From: Tubiluchus corallicola
Taxonomy: Eukaryota; Animalia; Priapulida
Reading direction: 5' to 3'
Assembly (NCBI GenBank): GCA_030141605.1
Contig: JAQGDQ010000036.1
Span: 952,242-1,016,241, forward strand
DNA: 64,000 bases
Of the stretch, positions 13,536 through 27,022 are shown one piece after another. The position numbers and the translations under genes are program-made. Under the pieces are notes generated by a model. It was not told the DNA's origin, ran no database searches, and saw only the letters and a list, made by a program, of their open reading frames with translations. How positions within the stretch are numbered: position 1 is the first letter of the stretch; each line of letters begins with the position of its first letter.

Positions 13536-13972
13536 TTGGTTCCTATAGGTTGAGCGTTTGTCAAAGTTTCACTCTGGACATTCTGGAGTCAGGCAGGGTA
13601 GACGCTAATTAAACAAATTTTTTTTTGGTTCCTAAAAATCGAACGTTTGTCAAAGTTTTACTCTGAACATTCTGGAGTCAGGCAGGGTAGACGCTAATTC
13701 AACAAATTTTTCTTGGTTCCTAAAAATCGAGCATTTGTCAGAGTTTTACTCTGAACATTCTGGAGTCAGGCAGGGTAGACGCTAATTCAACAAATTTTTC
13801 TTGGTTCCTAAAAATCGAGCGTTTGTCAAAGTTTTACTTTGGACATTCTGGAGTTAGGCAGGGTAGACGCTTATTAAACAAAATTTTCTTGGTTCCTAAA
13901 AATCGAGCGGTTGTCAACGTTTCATTCTGGACAATTTGTGGTTAGGCAGGACAGACGCTTATTAAACAAATT
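13536..13972. repeat. Tandem repeat, 5 copies of an 88-bp unit
   Basis: ttggttcctaaaaatcgagcgtttgtc... starts at 13536, 13625, 13713, 13801, 13889. Confidence 0.95.
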
Positions 13973-14447
13973 TACTTTATTTGTGAATTTTCTACTGAAA
14001 AGTGCTTCTCTGTGTAAGTTCATTTGTTCAAAGAATGACTTGGGTTAGCAGACACTTTCTTTAACAAATTAATTTATTAGTTGTCAATTCTACTATTCTG
14101 GGTAGGATTTCGTAGTCCTTTATCTTTAGCCATTTATTTCAAGTGTCAACTGGCCTTGTTTGACCTGTATTAAAAACGCCAAAGCACCGGATAATTGTTA
14201 GGAGGCCCGTGTAACTAGCATGTAGGTTCATTACGTGCACCTGGATGCCGATTGACCGAGTTCTTCAAAATTCAAGTTAAAAACAGGCCCATTGTAAGTA
14301 GGCCTATTCTTCTGATAATAAAAAACAAGTTGTCAAGAGACGAAAAATCAGGAAAAGCATACAGATATAATTACGTTTTTTTACAGTTTAGTCAATTAAT
14401 CATTCGAGAATTAATAAAAGCACCTAGGGCTTGTTGTAAGACGGTTT

Positions 14448-14730
14448 GACCAGACGGTTTGGTCTAGTGGTAAGCGTTCGCTTTCCGTCTGGGAGGTCGT
14501 GAGTTCGATACAGCGGCCGAGCCAAAGACTTTAAAAATGGTGCCTGCTGTTGCCCTACTTGATGCGTGGTATTCAGGGTAAATGTGGGGGTAATAATAGT
14601 CTTTGTTATGTAGTTGTAGGTTGTTTTTATAGCAGGCCCAAAAGCTCTTCGGAGCTTATGTTAATTGTTGAGCCAAAAAGCCGACGTTAAATAAAGATTA
14701 TTATTATCATAAAATTATTATTATTATTAT
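14448..14730 (+). mobile_element. tRNA-derived SINE
   Basis: Pol III A box tggtctagtgg (14460) and B box gagttcgatac (14501), core ccaaagactttaaaaatggtg, AATAAA and (TTA)n tail. Confidence 0.8.
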
Positions 14731-15592
14731 AAGGCCTGCTATCCCTAGCTTATAAATTATAATAAAAAAATGCACGGTTTTATTTTTCTCAGCAAACGTC
14801 AATGCAGATATGAGACTAGAAATTAAAGTGGAAAATAGGAGTAAATGTAAGCAAATCTTTGCTTTGAGAAAGAGTGGTGCTATTTGTTAGTTTCAAGTTT
14901 GTCAGTAAAATTTGGGTTTAATTTTTAGAGCATTAGAAAGTGCTTGCTTTTTTACATTGTCAAGGCTAGTTTCAACGCTTTCCTATGTGGATGTGATTCC
15001 ATTATGGGCCCTAATTTCACTACTTTCGTAGGAGAAAATGTTGATTTTAACGGACCTTAGCCCGTCATCCAATAGATTTTTTTCGCAAACACAATGTTAT
15101 ATTGCCTTAAAAGATTTCTATCCTAGTAGTGCAGTCAGTTTACTAAGTTAATGATGCTGCTGATGTAGCCAATTTTGTACGCGTTTGTAAAAGAGCACTG
15201 TCCATTGTTTTTGTAACACAAGAGCACAGATTACTTTATCCATATTTTAAAATGCTGTAATTCATTGAAAAGCTAAATCTTGTACCATTTTTCATTAACT
15301 GCAATTATAAACATTGCAAAAGCACCTAAAATGTTACCATAATCATGCTATCCGTATAATACAATTTACGTGTAATTTTTAATGTTTGCACAATCCGTAT
15401 CTAATGAAATTGCAATCATCTTGCATAAGAATCACGTGGATACATTAGCACACTGAGTTTCGCAAATTTTAGCATTTTTATTTTGCTGCATTTTAGCGAT
15501 ATGACGACGAACGCAGTCGCGGTACTCTTAACACTAATTAGCAAATTAGGCACTGGCTTTCAAGGAATAAGCTGACAGGTCTTGTTTAGCGC

Positions 15593-16399
15593 TCACATTT
15601 TGTACCCAGTCAAACCAATCTTCTGTGACAATCCACCAGACATTTTAATAAACTCATTTTGCGGTTTTCTGTTAACATGCCACCCTTCACCAATTGTTGA
15701 TCGAATGTCCACTGGCCAGTTTTGCGACGCGTGTAGGGACGCCCTTTCTTCTAACAATTTTGCATTGGCTTTTTTTATTTTTTCCAGATCTCTTTGCTTG
15801 TGTTGATTTTGTGCTTCGAAAGCAATGCGATTATAGGCTTCGAAAAATTTCACTTGTTCTCTAACAAACTGTCGCTCTCGTTGCCGCGCTGCTGCTAGTC
15901 TTTCGAGTTTAGTATCTGGCGTTGGTTCAGTTGAGTCCTCCTTTGTGTTTAATTCTTCTGTTCGAGGTGATATTAGTTTTTCCATTCTGCTTACTCCTGG
16001 CTCCATAATGTAGGAACTGCTGTACCGATATGGGTACACTGTTTTGTCATTATAATTATTCTGTTTATAACCGCTGTTGTTCGAAACTGACATATAATTG
16101 GATGAATGCTGTTCATGCATGTTTCTTTTGCTCAATAGTTCGTTATGTTTCCCGGCCTTTGTTTGCAGCTCCTCGAATCGTTTAGTCATTTCACCACGTC
16201 CATTGCGAAAGTTTAGCTCATTGTCTTCTAGTTTTGTCTTCATGCGTCTCAGAAGAAAACTCGGATATGACAAGTAGTTTGCGTGTCTGAAAGGTATTGG
16301 TGTAGAAGCGCGTTGGGAGTAAAACTCATTAGACCATCTGCCTTCTCCAGAGGTGTTGGAAGTTTCCCATGAACGATTTGACAGGCTTCGTCGATGCAT
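15593..16399 (-). CDS. Uncharacterised 268-aa ORF with predicted coiled-coil; possibly exon 1 of the gene at 11146-12571
   Basis: 807-bp ATG-started ORF in AT-rich DNA, not repeat- or TE-like; its end overlaps a gtgagc donor (at|gtgagc at 15597/15596). Confidence 0.75.
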   Translation of the reverse strand: MHRRSLSNRSWETSNTSGEGRWSNEFYSQRASTPIPFRHANYLSYPSFLLRRMKTKLEDNELNFRNGRGEMTKRFEELQTKAGKHNELLSKRNMHEQHSSNYMSVSNNSGYKQNNYNDKTVYPYRYSSSYIMEPGVSRMEKLISPRTEELNTKEDSTEPTPDTKLERLAAARQRERQFVREQVKFFEAYNRIAFEAQNQHKQRDLEKIKKANAKLLEERASLHASQNWPVDIRSTIGEGWHVNRKPQNEFIKMSGGLSQKIGLTGYKM

Positions 16400-16936
16400 T
16401 AGTTCACACGGCAGACGATCATTTAAATTACTAACGAAAATTGATTACTACAAGCTTATCCATTTTCAAATATCACAATTCCGGCGTACGTTATAATTAT
16501 TTTATATTTTGAAAATGATTTTGATAATCATATAATTAATGTGTTATAATATACTTTTCTAGATGTGATGTAGTAGGTCTAACGCACGGCAGTCCTTGGT
16601 TAAGTAGCTTACGTTGTTATTGCTAGCCTAGAAAAATCGTTTCATGCGTTGTGTAGCGCCGCCTCCGTTAATGTTTCTTTTAATTAACGGCCAATTACTT
16701 AATTGGGTTTCGATGAAGAGGGCTGCATTATTAACTGCTAGCTAGTTCATACGTCACATGCAGGCTTGCCCAAATAGTAAATATTTAAAAAAATATAAAC
16801 ACCGACGCCACCCTTTCTCATAAAATTAATAATTAATTTAGATTTGAACCAGTTTCGTTTTCAGCAATTCGCAGTAGGCTACACATATATAGAAAGGTAA
16901 AAATTTGTGATGTGCATTACGAAATGTTAGTACAAA

Positions 16937-17087
<151 letters not shown>

Positions 17088-17431
17088 AGTAACACTTAAT
17101 AAAATTCACAGTTTCTTTCTATAGCCACAGTAAGCGAATTTCGAAACTCGACTTTTTAGATAAAAACGCAAGACAAAAATAAAAAAAACATTTCAGTCTG
17201 ATCGCTTTAGAAACATTAAACATCAAACCAGCAGACAACATTCTCGACAATTGTTAGTAAACCTGGCATAAAATGTATAGTAGGTATGAAATTATTTTGT
17301 TGTGGCGACAGTATACACTTATTTTTTGTTTTTGCATTTCAGTCGGCTGAATAAACCAGACAGAATTATCTTTTTAACAGTGATCTGTATTAATATTATG
17401 TCTATGCCATAGTACTATACTACGCTCAGAA

Positions 17432-17472
17432 GTGCCGAGTGGCTGACAAGCCACTGGCACAGTAGTGTCTAG
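17432..17472 (+). mobile_element. Helitron-like 3' terminus (hairpin + CTAG)
   Basis: Hairpin gtgcc-g-agtggct-gaca-agccact-ggcac followed 8 nt later by ctag|tttt; related ends at about 52289-52326 and 51813-51845. Confidence 0.5.
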
Positions 17473-17659
17473 TTTTCGCTAGATAAGTTGCTGAGTTTAT
17501 CTGTCTTGATGTGCGGTTTTCTTTATTTTGGTATTCTGCTTACCTAATGTCTACAATAGACATAACCTTGATTACTATTGGAAGGTTACTACAACATTAA
17601 TAATATTACTAGGTAATTATATATACATGTTTATATATGGGTTACTTGTAACTCGTTAC

Positions 17660-17875
17660 TCACTCAGCTGATTGGCGCTTCCGGTTTTGTGGCGAAAAGC
17701 ATTGTGGGATCAAGTTGATGTTGGCAGCCATATTTACGCGATCATGGTGTGTTTGTGTGTGAAGCAATAATGTAACAAATTTCGCATTTCTACAAAATAA
17801 TATTAGTAACGCTTTGATTAAAAACTGCAGTGGCCATCGGTGCAGTGACCTTAATATATAGCTGTAAGCGTCATT
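17660..17875 (+). promoter_or_regulatory. Probable PIP4K2 promoter/5' UTR
   Basis: gattgg (CCAAT), cttccgg (ETS-like), gccat (YY1-like core) clustered 150-210 bp upstream of the ATG. Confidence 0.5.
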
Positions 17876-17989
17876 ATGATGGCCACACGAAGTAAGAAAA
17901 AGCGCATTAAAACCGTTTCTCAAAAGAAGCGTCTTTTTCGCGCAAATGAACCTTTGCTTAGTGTCTTTATGTGGGGAATAAATCATACG
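17876..17989 (+). CDS. PIP4K2: Phosphatidylinositol 5-phosphate 4-kinase type 2, exon 1
   Basis: MMATRSKKKRIKTVSQKKRLFRANEPLLSVFMWGINHT then gtaagt; matches PIP4K2 N-terminus (KLFRASDPLLSVLMWGVNH). Too short for the ORF track. Confidence 0.95.
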
Positions 17990-18377
17990 GTAAGTTAACG
18001 AGATTTATATGACGGCATTACATAACTGATGCTTTTTTGTTATAAGACCTTGTTGCACTTCTAAACTTTAAAGTTTAAGCAGGCTATTTTACATAAAATT
18101 TTATAAATATTAAACATTAAATTTATTAAATATAATTTATATAATAATTATTAAAATAAATTTCATCATAATTTAAATTTATATATCTGTATATTATATA
18201 ATTATATGCCTTTCATGCTAGTCATGATGAATGATGACATTTGCCATGATTTCGTTTCATAATTACCTACTAGTACTAGTCCACTAAATGACACTATATA
18301 ATATTAATAATTAATATATATATATATATATCATTATATGTATATCTTAATATCTATATATATCTATATCTATCTAT

Positions 18378-18434
<57 letters not shown>

Positions 18435-18731
18435 TATATATATATATTAAAGAATGCATGATAGTGTTTAACAACATGGCTTGTCATTGTTGACAACTGA
18501 CATGAAACACTCTGATTTGTAACCATTGTTTAAACAACCTTGCGCTGGTTGTGAAAAAATCACTATTAAAAATTGGCAAACAAGGATTTAAGTTTTTCTT
18601 TATTTTTTCTACGATGGAAACACCTGGTAAAAATTTATATGTAATGTTAGAAAGACAATTTTTTGGGCTTTCCAATCATATGCAACATGCTAAGACTTTT
18701 CACAGTTTCAGTGATTGATGATGATCGTGAA

Positions 18732-19030
18732 AAAGTCAAAGGTTAGGTGTACCAGACAATGCATTTGTGTACACTTGACAACACCTTGCAGCCCATAATG
18801 TTGTAATAGTAACCATTTTAGCAGCTAGCTAGAAGCTTAACCAGTTCATTTTTTCGTGTTCTCAAGCAAGATCCTGCTAGTAAATCACTCTACACACAGA
18901 CTAAATGCATAATTAAATAAAGTGTACGTAAAACAACTGTAATTACAGAACTTACAATTTTGCTTTACCCACATGTCATGTGACGGTTGTAGTTAAGGTG
19001 TGTTGCTGTGGTACACTTAAACTTTGACCT
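18732..19030. mobile_element. MITE with about 21-bp TIRs (copy 1)
   Basis: aagtcaaaggttaggtgtacc ... ggtacacttaaactttgacct; second diverged copy at about 52705-53005. Confidence 0.7.
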
Positions 19031-19989
19031 ACACTACAGCAACTGCGCTAGCGTATAGAGAAACTGTGAAAAGGCTTATATTAATTTTGATGTGCAACTT
19101 GCCGTCATCACTTGAAATAGTCGGTAAAGTAACACATATGCATTAGACTTGACGTGGCGGCTGGTGGATTGTAAGTCAGTTTTGCTGATTGTTTCTGCTA
19201 TAGTTTATTTAATATTAACTTCCAGTTGTTGACATTTATGCACAGTATGGACAAGTAGTCTGCATTCAGATAATGGTAAATGATATACGTAAATGAATGT
19301 TCTTCAAAGAGAATGGTAATTAAGTATCATTGCTAGGGCGGGCATTATCACTGGACAACATTCTGTATCAAAATATGACCTTGTAGGATGCCAAGTAGTG
19401 CATTAGCTCATGTACTGCATTTGCGCTAAAATGCTTTCTGCTAAATTTGCAGAGAACGAATGCGGTACATGAGCAGCCCAAGTACCACATCGGTGATTTC
19501 GCTCACACTTTTAACTTTACATTAAGACTTTTGACAAATTTTTAAAAATTCTGTGAAAGTTTCTTCATTTTATAAAAAACTTCGCTTATTTGCTGATTTG
19601 CCATCAGTTTGGCATCATAATGATTACAAGTTTAAAAACGAAATAGATCCTGACCAGCCTTCATTGAACACAATGGAGTATGCAAAACACTGGGAAGCAA
19701 ACAGCTCACCAGTCTGTAAACTGATGATGATAAGTCTTTATTAGCGTGTTTTTGCAGGCAAAAATATCTGTACTAACATTATAAAATTTTACATAGACAC
19801 TACACAGAGTGAATTCTACAATATTACATTTACGGATTCTGTAATTGGCTTTTCTAATTTGTGCGTATAACATTACTTACAGTGATATTAAACAAGAAGT
19901 ATTGAAGTGCGTGACAAAAGTCAAGGTTATTAATGCAGCAAGTTTCCTGTGAGGTAATATAAAAATGCAGATAAATTGATATACCATAT

Positions 19990-22240
19990 TATTAAATTCC
20001 ATTTCAATGTTTAAATCCACAAGAGTTATAATCAGTAATCTCAAGAACTACACAAATTTCATCAATATTTTACTAAAAATTAATAGCAGGATCTTAAAAG
20101 AAAAGGGTCCTTTACAAAGTGGGTTAGTGCCGATATTAAATTTTCATTTTTGGTCCAATACACAAGATTTAAATTTTCATTTCCCAATTCGTGTAGTAGT
20201 ATATTTCGCCTATTTGCGTCGATTCGAGGACATCGGTGTATCAAGTGTTCTGGTTTCTGGGCTTCCGTGCCACATTCACAAAGCTCAGCTCTAGCAAATC
20301 GAATCTGACTCATCAATTCATTGAAATTTCCCTGTCCAGTCAATAACCTCACTGCTGCTACTTCTACTTTTCTTTCGGATTTTCCAACTTTTAAAGTAAG
20401 AGTCTGATCTAAATTTTTATGCGACAAATCGGCTGTAGTTTCCCCACGTAGTTGAAAATTAGTTTTTAGTTTTTTGCTCCATTTCATGTTTAATTAGGAT
20501 TGTATATCATTTTGACGGTAGTAAAACACGCTGTGTTGTAACTCTGCCACACGTTTGGAGCGAATATCAATATTTTTAGTGACTTTCAAGAAGTCTCGTA
20601 CGTTGTTCATATGTAGCCGAAGTAGATGCTTCCGGTCCTGTGGGGTTGATGCTACACTACACATTTTTTCTGTAATGTGGTTTCTAAGAATATCATTAGC
20701 ACTACCACTTAGAATCTTTAAGAAAAATTTTACTCCTATAATTTTAGCGGTAAGGTCGATAGTTGGCAGACAGCAAATTTGTTCTAGAATTTCTCTCGCC
20801 GGGAATAAGATGGAACCAGTCGCTGATTTCATGACGTCATACGTGATATCATCGAAGGCTGAGTATTTTCGTGGCAACCAAGCTGACGATCCGTACAACA
20901 TTATGGGTAAGATAAGTGTTTTGTATATGAAAACTATGGTCGGTAATCTAAGTCCTGTGTATTTTCTGCAGTTTTTCTTCACCGATAACCAACGCGACCA
21001 CACCTTTCTGCGAGTTGCATTTACATGACTTTCAAACGACAATTTTTTGTCAATAGTTAATCCGAGAATTTTACTTTTCGTCACATAGTTTAAATCATTA
21101 CCCCCGATATTTGAATTCGTCAGACAGGGAAACCAGTTTCCTACTAGTATTGCTTCGGTCTTGTCAGGTTGAGTGTTTATTTTTAAACGCCATTAAAGCA
21201 TCACAGCACATTTGTGCCTTTAAATAACAAGCATATTGCGAAGTCTCACTAATGTACAATGTACAGTCATCTGCATACTTAAATTTTTCTACGTTGAATG
21301 ACATATTTGTGTACATATCCGCTACATAAAATATGAATAGAAGAGGTGATAGCACAGATCCCTTGGGCACTGCAGTAGTATTCATTTGATAGGTAATAGT
21401 CGATTTTTATTCTTACTCGCCTCTTCCTTATGAAGTCCAAAAGTAAAGTGAACAATTTGCCTGTAACTCCACCAGTATATAGCTTATACAGCATACCATC
21501 TTGCCACACACTATCAAATGCTTTCTCATAATTGCAGCACAAGGATATACCAAAACGATTTTTGACTAGGTCGTTCTCAATATGAGATAATTGTCTCACC
21601 AAATATCGAGTAGTATTGCGCTTAGGTATGAAGCCTTCCTGTTCGATATCTAGTTAATTTCGTTGCTCAAAGAATCTTCTTAACCGATGTTCAATAAGTC
21701 TTTCCACTATTTTTCCGAAGTAGGATGAAATTGTTATTGGTCGGTAGCTGCTAGGATTGTTGTATGACATTTTATTTTCCTTCCTCGTTAAATGACTTTT
21801 TAGAACTGTTCCACGGCCATGACCCTAGTTGCAGACACAGGTTAACAATTTTTAGCATTGTATGTCTAGCGTTTAATCCCAAATACTTTATCATTTTGGG
21901 GTGCAAACCATCCGCATCCACTGACTTGCCGGTTTCTATTGTTTGTGCGATTGCTTGTTCTAGCTCGATTAATGTAAAAGGACTGCTTAACCAAGAATTT
22001 GCTACTTGCTCTCTTTGCATTTGCCTCAGTTTGTTTTCGATTTGTGTTTTATGCTCCTCATTCAATTGTTCATTGGCAAAATGATCACCGCTGAACAAGG
22101 TGCGGTAGAAGATTTCACATCTCATCTTGTCTTGCATGACAATTTGTCCATTGTGTTTGAGGCTATCTACTGTGCTTGGTTGTCTATTATTAAAGACTTT
22201 CCTCCTATATGTTTTCCAGAAAGAGTTAAGTTTGGTAGAT
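19990..22240 (-). mobile_element. 5'-truncated, frameshifted non-LTR retrotransposon (RT + C-terminal CCHC knuckle) in PIP4K2 intron 1
   Basis: Consecutive ORF pieces: KSVDADGLHPKMIK, YEKAFDSVWQDGMLYKL, PKGSVLSPLLF, FKYADDCTL, ILGLTIDKKLSF, LCECGTEAQKPEHLIHRCP; no RNase H seen. Confidence 0.92.
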
Positions 22241-23460
22241 CCAACCAGGTAGATGACAAATGACCCTTTAAATAGGTCTATTGTCCCACTGGACACGATA
22301 CAGTTTTTGCCAGCTCTCAAATATTTCCAAAAAGCCACAATTTAATCAGTTTTTAGCTGATAATTTCACTATCTCTCAATTTTGAGAATTAAATTTTTCA
22401 CAGTCTGATAGACTATTCATTTGCAATCACTCTGACATAAGTTTTATATAAGCCACTGTCCAACTAACTGCAATTTCACTAACAATTTGCGGAACATAAA
22501 ATGTACGTGCACATTACAACCCTTCAACACCACCAAAAAACTTCCAAAAAGTCTGTAAATGTCAGCAAACAGGGTTTTAACACTTAGGACAGGCAAAAAC
22601 ACCGCAAAATTAATTTGAATAATCCAAACAGTATTGTATACAATATAATTTGTTTTTGAGCTAGAAGGATGGGGACAGCTTAGCAGCATTGGCCATATAA
22701 TTTATTATGAAACTTTGACAGTTAAATGGCTTACTATTCCGTATACGGTATACCGCATTTAGGAGAAAAATTCTGTTGGAGGAAGAGGTAATGAAACGGA
22801 TCACCTGCCTATTTAGCGAGACAAAATAAAAATGACATACCTTACCAACTGTTTGAATTGCGCAAAAAGCCGGTTTATTTCACTTCAAAAATATTAACCT
22901 CGAAACCAAATTTAATGTTGCTCATCTGACTGGCTCACAATTAATGATTATTTTTTTGTTGAATGTATAACTTATATTTAATTAATTATTCAAAGTATAT
23001 TGAAATTTTAAGTCATTATTATTAAATGAACAAGTACAACGGACGCTCCACTAAGGTAAACTCGGCTCAATTCCTGACCCTATCTGGTGCACTACTGGGC
23101 AGCCCATGTACCACAATTGGTAGATGAGCTTGTCCAGGTACTGCGCAATGCGTTTCATCGGTTAGTGTGTTACATGGCTCCTGATAGACCTATTGTGTTA
23201 AAGGAAAACAGGAAGATTTCCAGATCCTACCCACTTGGAAGTATGGTTTTAATATAAATTTTTTTATCTATAATGATGCAAAAATGTTTCTAATACTTCA
23301 GTATTAGCTTAGAACCTTAATTAACTGCCAGCAACGGCAGCTAACTTTAATATCACAAGTGAGCTTAAGTTTTTAATGAGTGTGAAACATTTTATGAGTG
23401 TGAAATATGTGTTTGTGGAAACAGAAATTGAAATACAGCACAAGTATATAATGACATGTA

Positions 23461-23885
23461 TAATACTCAAAAGTTTGACAAATTTTAATTCAGAAATTCA
23501 AAGTTCGTATGCTATTTTTTTCAGACTGACTGATTTCTTTCTTTTATACTGTTTCAATATATGTATAACAGGCAATAAATAAATGAAAAATAAAAATAAT
23601 GCCTGAAATATGTACATCTGTTCTTATGGCCTATTTTTGTACAATGCACTTCCAAGATGTAGGCGTTACTGCTAATACTCAAAAGTTTGACAAATTTTAA
23701 TTCAGAAATTCAAAGTTCGTATGCTATTTTTTTCAGACTGGCTGATTTCTTTCTTTTATACTGTTTCAATATATGTATAACAGGCAATAAATAAATGAAA
23801 AATAAAAATAATGCCTGAAATATGTACATCTGTTCTTATGGCCTATTTTTTGTACAATGCACTTCCAAGATGTAGGCGCTACTGC
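23461..23885. repeat. Near-perfect tandem duplication of a 212-bp unit
   Basis: taatactcaaaagtttgacaaatttt... at 23461 and 23673. Confidence 0.93.
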
Positions 23886-25501
23886 TCATCTAATTTGGAG
23901 TGGCGGAATGCGTGCAGCAGTGAAAAACTAACGAGATCCCGTTTCCGCAGTAATAATTCTTTCACTTAAATCATTCTGAGTTGTCTGTAATCACTAGCCA
24001 TAGCCACCATCAGTTCTTCATGTCAATGGCCCAGTAAGGATAATTATCCAACATGATAGTGCTTATATGTAGTTTTCTACAAACCTTTTTATGCTGGACT
24101 CAAAGTTATAAAAGGAACCAATCGCTATCCTAGAGTCAAAATCGCAGAACTAGTTTGTGGCAAAAAGATAAACAGACAAAATGCTAATTAATAAGAAAGA
24201 ACTAAAATCCTCTTCTAACATAGAAATGAACATTTACCAGTTTGTCAACAGTCATGTAGTTATATGTATCATTTTGTTTATGCTTTTTAATGATTTATGC
24301 TTGTAGGGAAGCAGTATGGCACATGCTACAATGTGTGTTAGCTATTTTTTTGCATACGCATGTGTGCTCATCTCCTGAAATGGCATTACCCATTTTACTG
24401 TACTTTGTTATTAATCACTAGTGGTGTATAGACAGTACACTGCAACTAAATACTGTTTTGCGCTTTTGAGGGCAGTTTAGTAGCTTGTAGAAACACATTT
24501 TAAGTCCTTTTTATATGCTAAAATTAGCTGTTGATGGGTCACCTAATGTTATTTGTACAACTAGTTGTTCAGCGTTTCCAGCAAAAAAAACTCAAGGATG
24601 TTATGTTTCATTAGTTGAAAGCGACTGTGGCGAGTGATTGTATAACTTTACATTTCTTTCTTTGTTTTTTAAAGTTTGACATTGTAACTTTTTAAAATTT
24701 TTCTTAATCAACAGAATAAACAGTCTGGCAAGAGTCATGAAATCAGTAGTCTAATGAGCATATATTTTTACATTTTCGCATTTTTTTAAAAAAATGTAGT
24801 GTGCCAAAGCTAGGCACTTATCCTCTAAACATAGGTTCATCCAAGTATTATAGTGTATAATGTATTCATGATTAGATGGAAGCTAAATTTTGAGTATGGA
24901 AACCTAACTTTGGCCCATTAAAAGGTTTTTAAAAAATCAGGTGAACAAAACTAGGAAACAAAAGGAGGTGAAAATTTAAAAGCAAGTGAAACTATAATGC
25001 TACACTAAAAATCTTCAATGCTATAATGGAGTTACAAGTAATACTACTAGCACTACAGCTGCTTAAAAACAATGTATAATTTGTAGTATTATGCAGCTAA
25101 ATCGATTAGACAAGAACTGCAATGTGCAGTAATGCAACATAATGCTGTACAGCTAAATTTAATTGAGATTATAAAAAGCTTGGTATTTGCCATGGCAGGC
25201 ACTTAAAACGCGTCTTATGTTTGCTGGAATTGATGGTAGTATCAACACTTGCTTTACACTTTCAGGAACATACCAACACTTATCACCAGCCTCCGTCCAT
25301 CTCCAGTGTAGCCATGAACCGGCTTGAATCCTGTTGCAGACTTCAGTTTCTCCTGTACCTTCAGAAGTTGCACTTATAATCCCTTAATAAAACTGTGCTA
25401 ATATTGTTTCAGAAAGTGATCTTGACTAAATTAAAAAAATTGTATTTTGATTTTCGTGATTTAACAGCATTTGTCTGCCAGATCTCACCGTCCTTTTGTT
25501 G

Positions 25502-25988
25502 TACAGTATAATCCACTTATTACAATAATATACGAGGCCTGTTATAATGATAACGTTAATAATAATAATAGTGAAATAAGGAGGCCTGTTATAATGAGCC
25601 TCTGGTTACTTTGAGTAAATTTCAAATTCCCGTCAATTCTTAGGCTTTGATAATGTAGGCCCCTATTTAAACCTTGCTTACAGTGAGTTCCGATATTTTG
25701 AATTTTTGCTCATTATGTGGGAATTTTCTGCGCCTGTGATTGTACTCTCATGCATATAATGAGCATGAATTCTAAAATAACAGGCATTTGCCATTTACTC
25801 TTTTTTTTATGAAATAGTTGCTGAACAGTAGTATTTATTGAAAGTGTTCTTTTCATCGTTACGATCATATCAGCCTTGTAAGCTTCATATCTATAATGTA
25901 CACTTCAAATAAATGACCTCTGCTATAACGAGGCTCGTTCAAATTTTCACGGTGCTTTGAAACTTGTTGTAAACGAATTATACTGTAT
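25502..25988. mobile_element. Tc1/mariner (pogo/Tigger-like) MITE
   Basis: TA|CAGTATAAT... and ...ATTATACTG|TA termini, internal gaggcctgttataatga repeats. Confidence 0.7.
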
Positions 25989-27022
25989 TTAAATAATATA
26001 TGATTGTGATTGGTTTTGCACATTCAAAACTTCAATACAAATGGCCAGAATACACCTGAAATTATGCTAATGAGAAAAACAGCATGGACTAATGTTAGAG
26101 CAGTTTTGGTCAAACAAACTACTCATCCAAAATTTAGGTCATCCTTTAGTATGATAAGATATTTCAATCCATCTAATCTTGCACATTTTTCCAGCAAATG
26201 TTTTGTAAACTTGTTTCAGTTTTGTGGCAAAGTAAGGAAACTTTGTGGTAATGTATACTTTAGTTTGCCGTCAGTTTGGTATCTTACGTCTGACACTTAC
26301 TAAGAGTTCAGCTTAAGACTGTGACAGTGATTTCACTTGGTAAGCTTTACTACAAAAACTTACTGGCTACTGCTAGTCTGACAGCCACACCATGTATGCA
26401 AGATGTGGCAGCTGCTCAATCTAACCTTATAAATAGTGTAGTTAAGCAGTAGTATTTATGTGAATTAGCAAGTTTTAGGTTTCCTGACAGTGAATTGCAA
26501 CATTACTCTCTATATTTGGTGTAGGCATTTTACAGCTGTCTCTTTTTCCCATCCCATCAATGTAATCAATGCTACACCCATTACAAAGCCATTGCAACCT
26601 TATTTTCTTATTGATTTGTACTGACATTGCCAAATGAGCCCTAGATTTAAGCATCATTTTTCCAACATTTGTATGTGGTGACAGGGCTTCTTATCCCTGT
26701 TTTCAAAGATGAAATTGCAGTTACTAACTTGAGTAATATGCAGATCGAGAGCACACACTAGTGCTCTAGTAACCTAAGTCCTAGCGTACTTGGGCCAATA
26801 CTCTTTCTTGTTGAGTGCTGCTGCAGTATAAAGTCTATAGGTAACCCTGGAAAAAAGCATGAAGAATGAGTGCGCATTTGCATTGGCAATTTGCCAGTTA
26901 TTCCAGAAAAACTTTTATGTACTTGCAAGACTGCAAGAATATGTCGAGCAAAATGATGCAAAAGAAAGAGGCTCGGGTATTTCACTCAAGGATGTGCATT
27001 ATATCAAGATCTTGTGTATAAG

